This document shows positions 10,648 through 18,866 of a DNA stretch of 49,394 nt, one piece after another. Position 1 is the stretch's first letter; the number at the start of each line of letters is the position of its first letter. The notes under the pieces were generated by a model. The model was not told the DNA's origin. It was given only the letters and a program-made list of their open reading frames with translations, and did not search any database. The DNA is taken from the IMG/VR virus record IMGVR_UViG_3300016476_001020, positions 1 through 49,394 of that record; one strand, written 5' to 3'. Source of the stretch: a virus. Lineage: Duplodnaviria > Caudoviricetes. Made by a program: the position numbers and the translations under genes.

Positions 10648-10959
10648 ATTAACTACGTTATACATTCCTGTAGAAAAGTTTACTATAGATTCGCCAAAAG
10701 CTGAGATAGCAAAAAGCAAAAATCCCATAGTAATTAGCGAGTAAACAATCCACCGCTTGTTGAAAGGATTAGCTGATATAGCTAACGCAAAAATTTCATT
10801 ACTTAGTAGACGTATAGCAATTTCAAATTTACCACTATCTTCCTCTTCTACCGCTAAGACTTTTGTTGGTCTTGGCATAATTGGTTTAGGTGTTATTGTT
10901 TTAACAGGTGTTACTGTAGAAGAGGTAGGTGCAGTATTTTGCGTAGGAGTTGTATTCAT
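10639..10959 (-). CDS. membrane protein, hypothetical
   Basis: Pro/Thr-rich N-terminus, C-terminal TM helix; stop inside tRNA-His. Confidence 0.6.
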   Translation of the reverse strand: MNTTPTQNTAPTSSTVTPVKTITPKPIMPRPTKVLAVEEEDSGKFEIAIRLLSNEIFALAISANPFNKRWIVYSLITMGFLLFAISAFGESIVNFSTGMYNVVNAE

Positions 10960-10972
10960 AAAGAATCCAATC

Positions 10973-11049
10973 TGGTGCTCTTAGTAGGGATCGAACCCAC
11001 AACCCTCGCGTTCGAAGCGCGATGCTCTAATCCGTTGAGCTATAAGAGC
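10973..11049 (-). tRNA. tRNA-Arg(TCG)
   Basis: TCGCG-CTTCGAA-CGCGA, CCA. Confidence 0.9.
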
Positions 11050-11103
11050 TAATTTTATATATGATACAACTAAACTGACAACATGTCAAGTCTAATTTTA
11101 AAA

Positions 11104-11176
11104 TGGCGCCCCCTAGATGAGTCGAACATCTGTAAGCTGGCTTCGTAGACCTGCCACCGGTTCCGCCGGAGAGGGC
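11104..11176 (-). tRNA. tRNA-Arg(ACG)
   Basis: loop CTACGAA, short D-arm, CCA. Confidence 0.8.
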
Positions 11177-11181
11177 ATTAT

Positions 11182-11256
11182 TGGTACTCCTGAAAGGAAT
11201 CGAGCCTTTGTCTCTGCCATGTCACAGCAGCGCTCTGACCATTGAGCTACAGGAGT
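11182..11256 (-). tRNA. tRNA-Val(GAC)
   Basis: CTGCT-GTGACAT-GGCAG, CCA. Confidence 0.85.
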
Positions 11257-11271
11257 GTGATGAAGCCCTAG

Positions 11272-11916
11272 TTAAAGGGCTTCAGTTACTAGTTTAACGC
11301 CATCAAACGTCTTGGTAGCAGTTTCGCTTTCAGTGTTAACTGCTACTACACGAGCAATAGACATTGAGTCGTTTAGAAGCAAGATATTACCTACTTCTAC
11401 TTGACCCTCACGGCCACGGTAGGAGTAACGGTTCTGACGATTAGTACCGCCAGTTAGGAACTCTACATCAAACGTGTATGGCATTACGCGCTTTAGTTCG
11501 CTTTCAGCGAAAGCTTCAAAGTTGCCGTTGTCTTGCATCTTTAGTACATACTTACCATCGCTGTCGATAGCAAGACCCGTACCAAAACGATTGCCTTCTA
11601 GGGTTTTAAATAGCTTGTCTTTCATGTCAAAATCTTTCATGTTTTTATCTTCATAAGGTACGTCGTATTCATATGGCACATAGTCTGAGGCACTACGAAA
11701 ACCGTTTTGTTTTCTACTTGAGAGATACTCACAGCGTAGACAATGCCCTCTGACTTCTAGCACTTTTTGTGGTGCTTCTCCGCCCACAAGCCGCACTATG
11801 TCACCTACTTTAAATTTACTGTATTGTGGTGATGTAGCAGACGACTTGTACTTAGGTAGATCGTAATCATAATAGCCGCTTCTTACTGCATCTATAAAAC
11901 GTATTTCAGGTTCCAT
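11272..11916 (-). CDS. hypothetical protein (SH3/KOW-like FKVGDIV segment)
   Basis: 214-aa ORF between tRNA genes. Confidence 0.6.
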   Translation of the reverse strand: MEPEIRFIDAVRSGYYDYDLPKYKSSATSPQYSKFKVGDIVRLVGGEAPQKVLEVRGHCLRCEYLSSRKQNGFRSASDYVPYEYDVPYEDKNMKDFDMKDKLFKTLEGNRFGTGLAIDSDGKYVLKMQDNGNFEAFAESELKRVMPYTFDVEFLTGGTNRQNRYSYRGREGQVEVGNILLLNDSMSIARVVAVNTESETATKTFDGVKLVTEAL

Positions 11917-11932
11917 TATATACCTATATGGT

Positions 11933-12008
11933 TGGTGCTGCTTGAGGGACTTGAACCCCCGACCAACTGATTACTAATCAGTTGCTCTACCGTCTGAGCT
12001 AAAGCAGC
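11933..12008 (-). tRNA. tRNA-Thr(AGT)
   Basis: ACTGA-TTAGTAA-TCAGT, canonical body, CCA. Confidence 0.9.
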
Positions 12009-12009
12009 G

Positions 12010-12543
12010 TTATTTTTCGTGCCAAGTACCGATTATACTAAGAGCGTTTCGCATATGTTTAATCAGTAATCCGTTCTCAGCGTCTGTTCTAACTAATCTA
12101 CGTTTTCCTAATACTTTCTCAAAATCATAATCATTATCATCGAAAAGTATATAGTCTAAGTGATTGGGAGCATACAACTCAAGATATTCTTTTACTTCGT
12201 GAGCTCGAGTCATGCCTCGCTCATAAAATTTGCTATCATTATTAGGATTCGTTTTCCATAATCTAGCAAACTCGCCACGAAAACCAGCTGCTCGAAAAGT
12301 AGCTATTACCCACTGATACTGATTTGCACTGTCGCAGGTCAGATACTCTTTCCAAGTAGACATCAGAACAAATTCTACACGATCTCTAGTATCATGAATT
12401 TTATTCATAAAGGAGATTGCTACAGGATCAAACACGTTCCACATGTCAAGTGGATTACCGCTAGATAGCTGCACTCTTGTAGAAGTAAATACTCCATCAA
12501 CATCTAAAAATACTAAGTATTTTGCTTCAAGTTTTTTAGTCAT
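12010..12543 (-). CDS. HAD phosphatase, Swiss Army Knife RNA-repair-like
   Basis: FLDVDGV, MSTWK, ILFDD motifs. Confidence 0.75.
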   Translation of the reverse strand: MTKKLEAKYLVFLDVDGVFTSTRVQLSSGNPLDMWNVFDPVAISFMNKIHDTRDRVEFVLMSTWKEYLTCDSANQYQWVIATFRAAGFRGEFARLWKTNPNNDSKFYERGMTRAHEVKEYLELYAPNHLDYILFDDNDYDFEKVLGKRRLVRTDAENGLLIKHMRNALSIIGTWHEK

Positions 12544-12561
12544 TTTACTTCTCGATAAAAT

Positions 12562-12636
12562 TGGTACACCGTACGGGTTATGATCCCGTCTCTCTATCTT
12601 GAAAGGATAGCGATCTCACCAGAAATCCAACGGTGC
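12562..12636 (-). tRNA. tRNA-Glu(TTC)
   Basis: CTATC-CTTTCAA-GATAG, variant T-loop, CCA. Confidence 0.85.
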
Positions 12637-12641
12637 GTATG

Positions 12642-12716
12642 TGGTGCTCTAAGTAAGACTCGAACTTACAACCCTCGCTTTACGAAAGCGCAGCACTACC
12701 TTTGTGCGATTAGAGC
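12642..12716 (-). tRNA. tRNA-Thr(CGT)
   Basis: loop TTCGTAA, CCA. Confidence 0.85.
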
Positions 12717-12721
12717 GTTAT

Positions 12722-12805
12722 TGGTGGGAAGCAGTGGAATCGAACCACGCCCGATTAAAGAACGGTTTTACAGACCGCATACTACACCAGTAGCTGATAC
12801 TTCCC
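12722..12805 (-). tRNA. tRNA-Tyr(GTA)
   Basis: GCGGT-CTGTAAA-ACCGT, long variable region, CCA. Confidence 0.85.
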
Positions 12806-12811
12806 ATATAT

Positions 12812-12885
12812 TGGTTGTCCAGGAAGGTAACGATCCTTCGTCTACGAGTTATCAGCTCGTTGCTCTACCTTTGAGCTACAGGACA
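12812..12885 (-). tRNA. tRNA-Ile(GAT)
   Basis: ACGAG-CTGATAA-CTCGT, CCA. Confidence 0.9.
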
Positions 12886-12957
12886 GAAATTCAGGGACAT
12901 GATTGCTTTAAAATGCCGAAGTCCAGCGGCATTGCTCTTTTACAAAAGAGCGTAAAC

Positions 12958-13035
12958 TGGTGCCGAAGGAGAGGGTCGAACTCTCTACGCAAGGTTTTTC
13001 AGACCTTCGCTCTACCTACCATGAGCTACAACGGC
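12958..13035 (-). tRNA. tRNA-Phe(GAA)
   Basis: AAGGT-CTGAAAA-ACCTT, CCA. Confidence 0.88.
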
Positions 13036-13171
13036 GTTATTCTTTAGGCTCTACTAGCAAGCGCAGACTAGCGATTTAACGGATTAGTGGCGCTCTTATC
13101 CGTACCATGCATTTGGCTCTACCTTCGTATTCAGGCGACTTAGCTGCATTTCAAGTAGCAGTACCGAGTAT

Positions 13172-13249
13172 TGGCTCCCTCTGCTGGACTCGAACCAGCC
13201 TCATTCTCGGTTAACAGCCGAGCACCATCACCTGGATAGCTTAGAGGGA
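13172..13249 (-). tRNA. tRNA-Asn(GTT)
   Basis: CTCGG-CTGTTAA-CCGAG, CCA. Confidence 0.9.
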
Positions 13250-13258
13250 ATGATAGTT

Positions 13259-13336
13259 TGGTGGACCTTATCGGAGTCGAACCGATAACACACTTGAGTT
13301 ACAAATGCCTGTTAGCCATTTACACAGTCAAGGCCC
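13259..13336 (-). tRNA. tRNA-like RNA with Ala acceptor and aberrant anticodon loop (GT-AAC-TC)
   Basis: GGGCCTT/AAGGTCC-ACCA (G3:U70, A73), canonical T-arm. Confidence 0.6.
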
Positions 13337-13342
13337 GTATAG

Positions 13343-13420
13343 TGGTGTGCCAGGTGAGACTCGAACTCACGTTGTCGCGGGTTAAGAGGCCGCCGCTAAA
13401 ACCACCTCAGCTACTGGCGC
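13343..13420 (-). tRNA. tRNA-Lys(CTT)
   Basis: loop CTCTTAA, CCA. Confidence 0.85.
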
Positions 13421-13595
13421 ATTATTTTGAAGTGCATAGTATAAACACCAGTAAGGCTCTAGAACTACTGGTTCTCACTGCTAGCGTATCTTGGTGTCGG
13501 GTGGCCAAACCCAGTACCGTCGAGAGCTGATTTAAGGACGTTCGACCCTTCTGTCTGGAAGAAACTGACCACAGCTACTATACACGTCAAAATAA

Positions 13596-13673
13596 TGGTG
13601 AACCGAGAGGGGATCGAACCCACGTATGACAGAGATTAAAAGTCTCCCGCTAAACCAACTCAGCTATCGGTCC
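13596..13673 (-). tRNA. tRNA-Lys(TTT)
   Basis: GGAGA-CTTTTAA-TCTCT, CCA. Confidence 0.9.
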
Positions 13674-13841
13674 ATTAAGAGTACTCAGAAAAACTAGTAG
13701 CTTATCAGAGTACTCTCGCTTTAAAGACGCTTTTGCGTCACGACGCTCAGTTTTATAAGGCTTAACATGAGCGCCAGTTTTGCGTTTAACCAGATGCTGT
13801 ACAAACGGGTTACGCGGTTTTGGAAGTTTCTGCTTCTTCAT
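13650..13841 (-). CDS. small basic protein (RNPFV..KRKTGAH), reads into tRNA-Lys
   Basis: Lys/Arg-rich ORF; stop lies inside the tRNA. Confidence 0.6.
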   Translation of the reverse strand: MKKQKLPKPRNPFVQHLVKRKTGAHVKPYKTERRDAKASLKREYSDKLLVFLSTLNGPIAELV

Positions 13842-14163
13842 AATAAGGCTCTTCTTTCCAATTCATAGATTTTAATAATTTTGCAGCATTGGTTCTGCGC
13901 TTAATCTCACGTCTAGGGTAAAAAAAGTCAGGTAATGTGCCTTGTACTTGTACGATTTTGTAACTATGGTAGCAGTTAGGCTTAAACTTAGAATACCAGT
14001 CAAGCAACTCTTGCTTAACTTCGCTAGAAAGTAGCTGATACCACCACTCACGCTGTTCATACGGGATTTCTTCGCAATGATCTGAGTGTTTTTGAATCGC
14101 GTATAAGTAAAACATTTGTTTCCTGTTTTTCTTTATATTATTAATATACGCGATTCTACACTA

Positions 14164-14667
14164 CTAAGCAAGCTGTAAGTTAAAGTCGTTGCACAAAGCA
14201 GTCAAGTCTTTTTTATGATACAAATTGTAGATTTTTATACCATGATCGTGTGCAATCCGCATAGCCTGTGCTGTACCTCCGCTCATCTTACCGTCGCTAG
14301 TCCAGCATACTAAGAAAGAAGAAGGATTACTCAGGTTATCTCCAAGCACTTGGTATGAATTACGTGACATTAGTTGTAAACCAGCCCTGCTAAGCCGTTC
14401 TGGAGCAGGATGATAGTCATAAACCATTTCTTTATTCATAGGCGGTATAATATACGTATAGTTATCCGCATATTTATCGTTAAACCCGCTCCACGGAAGA
14501 TAGATTCGACGATACTTAGCCCCGGCTTCAAAAGCGCTATCGGCACCCTCTGCACCACCTGAACGCAAGATCCAATTGTCATTAGAAAGTGCAGTTGCTA
14601 TAGCAGTCATTAAAGTTTGAATGTCTAGTGGAGTCTCACGACTTCCGATACCAGTATAGTATTTCAT
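14164..14667 (-). CDS. SLOG/DprA-Smf-like nucleotide-binding protein
   Basis: YTGIGSRETP, LRSGGAEGAD, GGTAQA; start reassigned to ATG at 14667. Confidence 0.75.
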   Translation of the reverse strand: MKYYTGIGSRETPLDIQTLMTAIATALSNDNWILRSGGAEGADSAFEAGAKYRRIYLPWSGFNDKYADNYTYIIPPMNKEMVYDYHPAPERLSRAGLQLMSRNSYQVLGDNLSNPSSFLVCWTSDGKMSGGTAQAMRIAHDHGIKIYNLYHKKDLTALCNDFNLQLA

Positions 14668-15116
14668 AGCTGATATACTACCGCCTGGACTGTTTTCAGC
14701 TCGCTCTCTATAATTGCAGAGATTACAGACCAATCACCGCCACCAAGTGCGGCACCAATTGTTGGCATAGCAATAGTTGAACCACTATACACTTTATTTA
14801 ATGAATGCATAATTTCTGCAACAGCGTCATAGCTTACGTAACGAACAGGATTTGGTCCTAGTTGTTCTGCAGCCTTGCCATATTCTTGTTGAGTAACAGC
14901 ATTGATTATAGTCTTACTACCTACATTAACAGGTAGATACTGTCCTAACCTAAACCCTTTGGCACACCATAAATGATACTCTTCAAAAGCGCTAGGATAA
15001 AGTGCTTTGACTATTTTTGCTACACCTGACCCCATTACACCTTTAGAGTTACACCCGTGAAGAATCACAGGTATTTCAGTACTGAATAAATCACCTTTGC
15101 GATACTCAATTCTCAC
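14664..15116 (-). CDS. macro domain protein (ADP-ribose / Appr-1''-p processing)
   Basis: GDLF, HGCNSKGVMGSGVA, MPTIGAALGGGDW. Confidence 0.85.
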   Translation of the reverse strand: MRIEYRKGDLFSTEIPVILHGCNSKGVMGSGVAKIVKALYPSAFEEYHLWCAKGFRLGQYLPVNVGSKTIINAVTQQEYGKAAEQLGPNPVRYVSYDAVAEIMHSLNKVYSGSTIAMPTIGAALGGGDWSVISAIIESELKTVQAVVYQL

Positions 15117-15595
15117 AGAGTTACTCCGTACTTACGACATAGTTCACGTATTTTAGCATAGTCTTGTTTATGCTCAATAATATAACTTTGTTGTAACATA
15201 AATAGTAAATCAGCAAGGATTTCTTCTTTTGTATGGACTTTAGTATTCATCACGTTTCCAAAAGTTAATGTAGTAGTAACCTATCATAATAAAGAAACCG
15301 CCTTCTCCATATATCTCTTCGTTTAGCCAGCCAACACCTATCTGAAATGTGTCGCCTCTATCTATAAAGAAAAGATTACCCATGTGCTAGCAACTCCATA
15401 TGCTTACGAATATAACGCATGAACAGCATAGCTTTATCCGAAGCTAAGAAAGTAGCTGTGCCTATATCCGATACCGGTACAGGAAAACTAAAACCATCTT
15501 CAGTCTTATACCAAAGACTACCATCAAAGTAGTGAGTAAACGTTACATTTCCACGAACGCGGTCTTTTAAAGTAATCATTATTTTACCTAAAGGT

Positions 15596-15667
15596 TGGTA
15601 GTGCCGGTGGGAGTTGAACCCACCCTACAGGCTTATGAGACCCGCGTCCGAACCACTCGGCGTCACC
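15596..15667 (-). tRNA. tRNA-Met(CAT), atypical D-arm junction
   Basis: CGGGT-CTCATAA-GCCTG, CCA. Confidence 0.75.
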
Positions 15668-15996
15668 ATTATTTTTTTCGCTTAAGTGCTGATACTTCTT
15701 TTTTAGCAGCAATTAAAGCATCTTTATATTCTCTATTTTGTTTAGTCAGATAAGCTATAACATGAGCTGCTAGATGTATATGATTATCTGGAGGCTCGTA
15801 CGAAGCATTAAAGGCTGCATTTTTTAACTGATTACGCCAGCTATCGCCCTGATCCTCTCCAAACAGTAATTTGGCTTGCTCTTCTACTAAAGTCCATTTA
15901 GTAGAATACATGAATGGGCCACGACGCTCGCCTTTTTCTACAACGTATTTAGGTTGCCATTCTGGATGATATTTTTCCATTATGCTATCGTATAAT

Positions 15997-16071
15997 TGGA
16001 GGTCGTGGGGAGAATCGAACTCCTACGCGTAGTTTTGCAGACCAGCGATGCACCCAGGCAAATCCACGACC
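15997..16071 (-). tRNA. tRNA-Cys(GCA)
   Basis: loop CTGCAAA, U73, CCA. Confidence 0.85.
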
Positions 16072-16078
16072 ATATAAT

Positions 16079-16110
16079 AAAAAACCCCTCACAGATATTA
16101 TCTGGAGGGG
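16079..16110 (-). terminator. intrinsic terminator (attenuator) just upstream of tRNA-Cys
   Basis: CCCCTC-CAGAT-AAT-ATCTG-T-GAGGGG-TTTTTT. Confidence 0.8.
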
Positions 16111-16138
16111 CTACACAACTGTAAATAACGCACGTGCG

Positions 16139-16207
16139 TTAACAGCCAGTACCGCCTCCGGTATTGGTATAATTTTTCTCACAAATGTTGCGAAATTCGA
16201 CGTGCAT
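16139..16207 (-). CDS. leader peptide MHVEFRNICEKNYTNTGGGTGC (not in ORF track)
   Basis: SD AAGGA before ATG; overlaps the antiterminator 5' strand. Confidence 0.75.
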   Translation of the reverse strand: MHVEFRNICEKNYTNTGGGTGC

Positions 16208-16234
16208 AATTAGTCCTTTTTTATCTATAAAATA

Positions 16235-16263
16235 ACTATAACTGAAAAAACAGCAGGTAGCAA
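16235..16263 (-). promoter_or_regulatory. sigma70-type promoter of the leader/attenuator
   Basis: TTGCTA-N17-TATAGT. Confidence 0.7.
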
Positions 16264-16281
16264 CTATAATTTTAAATTATA

Positions 16282-16371
16282 TGGCAGAAGGCAGGGTACT
16301 CGAAACCCATACGGTTTCCCGTACACAACGCTTTCCAGGCGTGTCCGGCGCGCCTGTCCGGTTTACCTTCT
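16282..16371 (-). tRNA. tRNA-Ser(GGA)
   Basis: loop CTGGAAA, long V-arm, G73, CCA. Confidence 0.85.
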
Positions 16372-16377
16372 ATAATC

Positions 16378-16467
16378 TGGCGGAGTAGTCCGAGCACGAT
16401 TCGGATGGCATTTCTGTCACGCATTGCTTAGCAGGCAAGCCCAGCAACCTTACTGGCTATCTACTCC
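16378..16467 (-). tRNA. tRNA-Ser(GCT)
   Basis: loop CTGCTAA, long V-arm, G73, CCA. Confidence 0.85.
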
Positions 16468-16671
16468 ATTATTCATTTCTTTTAGATGTTGTTTAGCGAT
16501 TATATCGTCTCTCAAATCAAGACACGTACAACAGTAACAACGCATAACTTTAGTTTTTTTGCCGCGCATGTTAATATTAGCAGCGGCAGGATGGTGTGGG
16601 CCAGCTTTCTTTTTTCCAACCCAACGATGTTTCAAATTACGACCTTGACCAAAAACTGGTGATTTAGCCAT
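16450..16671 (-). CDS. small basic Cys-cluster protein, reads into tRNA-Ser
   Basis: CYCCTC; stop inside tRNA. Confidence 0.55.
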   Translation of the reverse strand: MAKSPVFGQGRNLKHRWVGKKKAGPHHPAAANINMRGKKTKVMRCYCCTCLDLRDDIIAKQHLKEMNNGVDSQ

Positions 16672-16672
16672 A

Positions 16673-17017
16673 TTATCCTTGATATTTTGTTGCTAAACCT
16701 AGCGATAGCATTTCAACATTGATATTAGTATCATCAATATATATGTCTGCTAGATAGCGACCATACTTTTCTTTTTTATCTTTATAAGTTTTGATAACGA
16801 TAGAAGTACCTACAGGTAGCTTTTCTCGTAACCAATCTCTTGATTTAATGCCTTCGGGTCTTTCTACTCCAGAAATCTCAGGAGCATCAATACCTGCTAG
16901 TCTTAAAGACTGATTATGAATCCAAGTATCAAAACCTAAATCAATCGAGGCTCTAATAGTGTCGCCATCGTAAATAGAGGATACGATTGCTCGATAGGTG
17001 TAAGAAGGCTTATTCAT
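16673..17017 (-). CDS. thermonuclease (SNase-like)
   Basis: IYDGDT, RLAGIDAPE, KYGRYLA. Confidence 0.9.
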   Translation of the reverse strand: MNKPSYTYRAIVSSIYDGDTIRASIDLGFDTWIHNQSLRLAGIDAPEISGVERPEGIKSRDWLREKLPVGTSIVIKTYKDKKEKYGRYLADIYIDDTNINVEMLSLGLATKYQG

Positions 17018-17151
17018 TTATTATCCTTTGAAATGTACGCTATAACATCATCTAGTATCTTAGATGGAATATTTGCAGTTATTAAAGTAGCTTTTAAAAA
17101 AAGCAAACGTCTAACTAATTCTTGTTTAGCGTATCTTTCCATACCTGCTCC

Positions 17152-17237
17152 TGGTACCCAAGACAGGAGTCGAACCTGCACCGATATTATCGCACAGAGT
17201 TTGAGTCTGCTATGTCTGCCAATTCCATCACTTGGGC
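17152..17237 (-). tRNA. tRNA-Leu(CAA)
   Basis: GCAGA-CTCAAAC-TCTGT, V-arm, CCA. Confidence 0.9.
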
Positions 17238-17444
17238 GTCAATAACTCTTAATTCTTGTATAGTTCTTTGACTAAAATGCCGTCTAGGGTTTCCGCAGCT
17301 AGGACAAGAGCAGATAGCAGGGCTATGTGCTCTTAAACCTATTCTAGCAGGGTTTATACCGTCAAACCAATAGTTTTTAAAGGTTTTGGATACCCATTGT
17401 TTTTTCTTTTTTTCTTGGAACCTACGAAAAGCTAAACCTCTCAT
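17187..17444 (-). CDS. small basic protein with CSCPSCGNPRR, reads into tRNA-Leu
   Basis: SD AGGAG; Cys motif; stop inside tRNA. Confidence 0.65.
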   Translation of the reverse strand: MRGLAFRRFQEKKKKQWVSKTFKNYWFDGINPARIGLRAHSPAICSCPSCGNPRRHFSQRTIQELRVIDAQVMELADIADSNSVR

Positions 17445-17457
17445 TAGAACTCCTAAC

Positions 17458-17678
17458 CAGAATGTTTGGGGAAAAGCAGATTATAAGTCTGCTGGCACCT
17501 TGCCATACTCCCCATCAAAGATACACTGATTCGGGGACAATGCTAATTCGCAAACGAACATTGCCTTTATCCGTGGATACATATCTGTCGTGTTTCATAC
17601 AGTCCATATCACAGTGTAGCTGTGGTGGGGAGTATCGGAATCGAACCGATGAATTTTCTTGTTTGCTGTAAACATTCT
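17458..17678 (-). ncRNA. Y-RNA-like element E7, a circularly permuted tRNA(TAT) with intervening sequence
   Basis: AGAATGTT-TACAGCA...T-arm-ACTCCCC-ACCA [109 nt] GGGGAGT-D-arm-GCAGA-CTTATAA-TCTGC...AACATTCTG. Confidence 0.8.
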
Positions 17679-17684
17679 AAAACT

Positions 17685-17767
17685 TGGTAGGGGCGGCGGG
17701 ACTCGAACCCACACTCCGAAGAACTAGTTCCTAAGACTAGCGCGGCTACCAATTACGCCACGCCCCC
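17685..17767 (-). tRNA. tRNA-Leu(TAG)
   Basis: CTAGT-CTTAGGA-ACTAG, CCA. Confidence 0.9.
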
Positions 17768-17772
17768 ATAAA

Positions 17773-18396
17773 TTAAAACTGACCTTCAACTCCGGCAAAG
17801 GCTGCTAAAGAGTCGCCATCTAGTGACTTAGAAATCTTTACATAAAGACCTAGATTATCTTGAATGCCATAATGAATACCTACCGCGATAGCTTCGCCTG
17901 ACGAACCACCGCTAGTAATGCCACCAATACCTGCACTCCAAGACCATACACCTGCGCCGCCTTGACGCATTTCTAGACCACCTAAGCCAGCTACTGCTGC
18001 CATATCAGACTGATACTGACCATAATCAACATCTTTACCGTCAACACCATCTTTACCGTCAACACCATCTTTGCCGTCAACTCCGTCACGACCGTCTTTG
18101 CCGTCAACGCCATTTAGACCATCTTTGCCATCAACACCGTCACGACCGTTTTTACCGTCAACTCCGTTTAAGCCATCTTTACCATCGCGTCCAGGCAACC
18201 CTTGTGGACCAGCAGGACCAATAGGGCCTTGAGGACCAGTGGCCCCTTTAAGGTCTAGATATACTTTTTTATTACCGTCTTTGAAGTAAAACTGCTTTAC
18301 AGACTCATCATAAAAAACTGGTTCTGCGCTACCCGCCATAGCGGCGCCTACAGACACAGTTAATAGTAAGGCAGAAGAAAGTAGAAGATTTTTCAT
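17773..18396 (-). CDS. secreted collagen-repeat protein with YadA-like beta-anchor
   Basis: signal peptide, Gly-X-Y repeats, C-terminal amphipathic strands ending in F. Confidence 0.65.
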   Translation of the reverse strand: MKNLLLSSALLLTVSVGAAMAGSAEPVFYDESVKQFYFKDGNKKVYLDLKGATGPQGPIGPAGPQGLPGRDGKDGLNGVDGKNGRDGVDGKDGLNGVDGKDGRDGVDGKDGVDGKDGVDGKDVDYGQYQSDMAAVAGLGGLEMRQGGAGVWSWSAGIGGITSGGSSGEAIAVGIHYGIQDNLGLYVKISKSLDGDSLAAFAGVEGQF

Positions 18397-18441
18397 TTTA
18401 TTCCTATTTTTAAAGTTAAGCCCCCACCACAGAAGCTACTT

Positions 18442-18516
18442 TGGTTGGGAAGGCACGGCTCGAACGTGCGACCTGCTGATTCAAAGTCAGTTATTCTACC
18501 ACTGAACTACTTCCCA
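18442..18516 (-). tRNA. tRNA-Gln(TTG)
   Basis: loop CTTTGAA, CCA. Confidence 0.9.
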
Positions 18517-18866
18517 ACATTATTTCGTTTTATCACATTATCATCTTTGTCATAAAGTGTTACGACTGAAGGTATAATATTTCTAGCTTTTAGCTTACAA
18601 GCATACCATATATTTGCTTCCTCCAAGGTATCTACCTCTACAGAAGCCCACTCGCCTGTTGACGGGAATATATGGTGTACTTTAAACATGTTATATCCTC
18701 TATATATTTAATATTACCACATAGTGTAGGATATAGCAAGACTTATTTCGATGAGGCCGGTGCGGTATCTGACAAAGCAGTAACGCTACTTTGTTTTCCC
18801 ATGCTCCGTTTGCAGTAACCTGCTGTACTAACTAGCTATCTTAGTACACTTTCCTTGCCTCAAACT

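Noticed and set aside
12580-13530. Plus-strand ORFs 12580..13047 and 13258..13530, and similar ones at 19901, 20751, 26817, 27819, 28162, 28389
   Set aside because: Antisense shadows of tRNA genes (GIEP/GLEP peptides come from T-arm complements).
18030-18250. Tandem 9/18-bp repeats as a CRISPR or DNA repeat element
   Set aside because: They encode collagen Gly-X-Y triplets and have no spacers. No CRISPR array was seen in the window.
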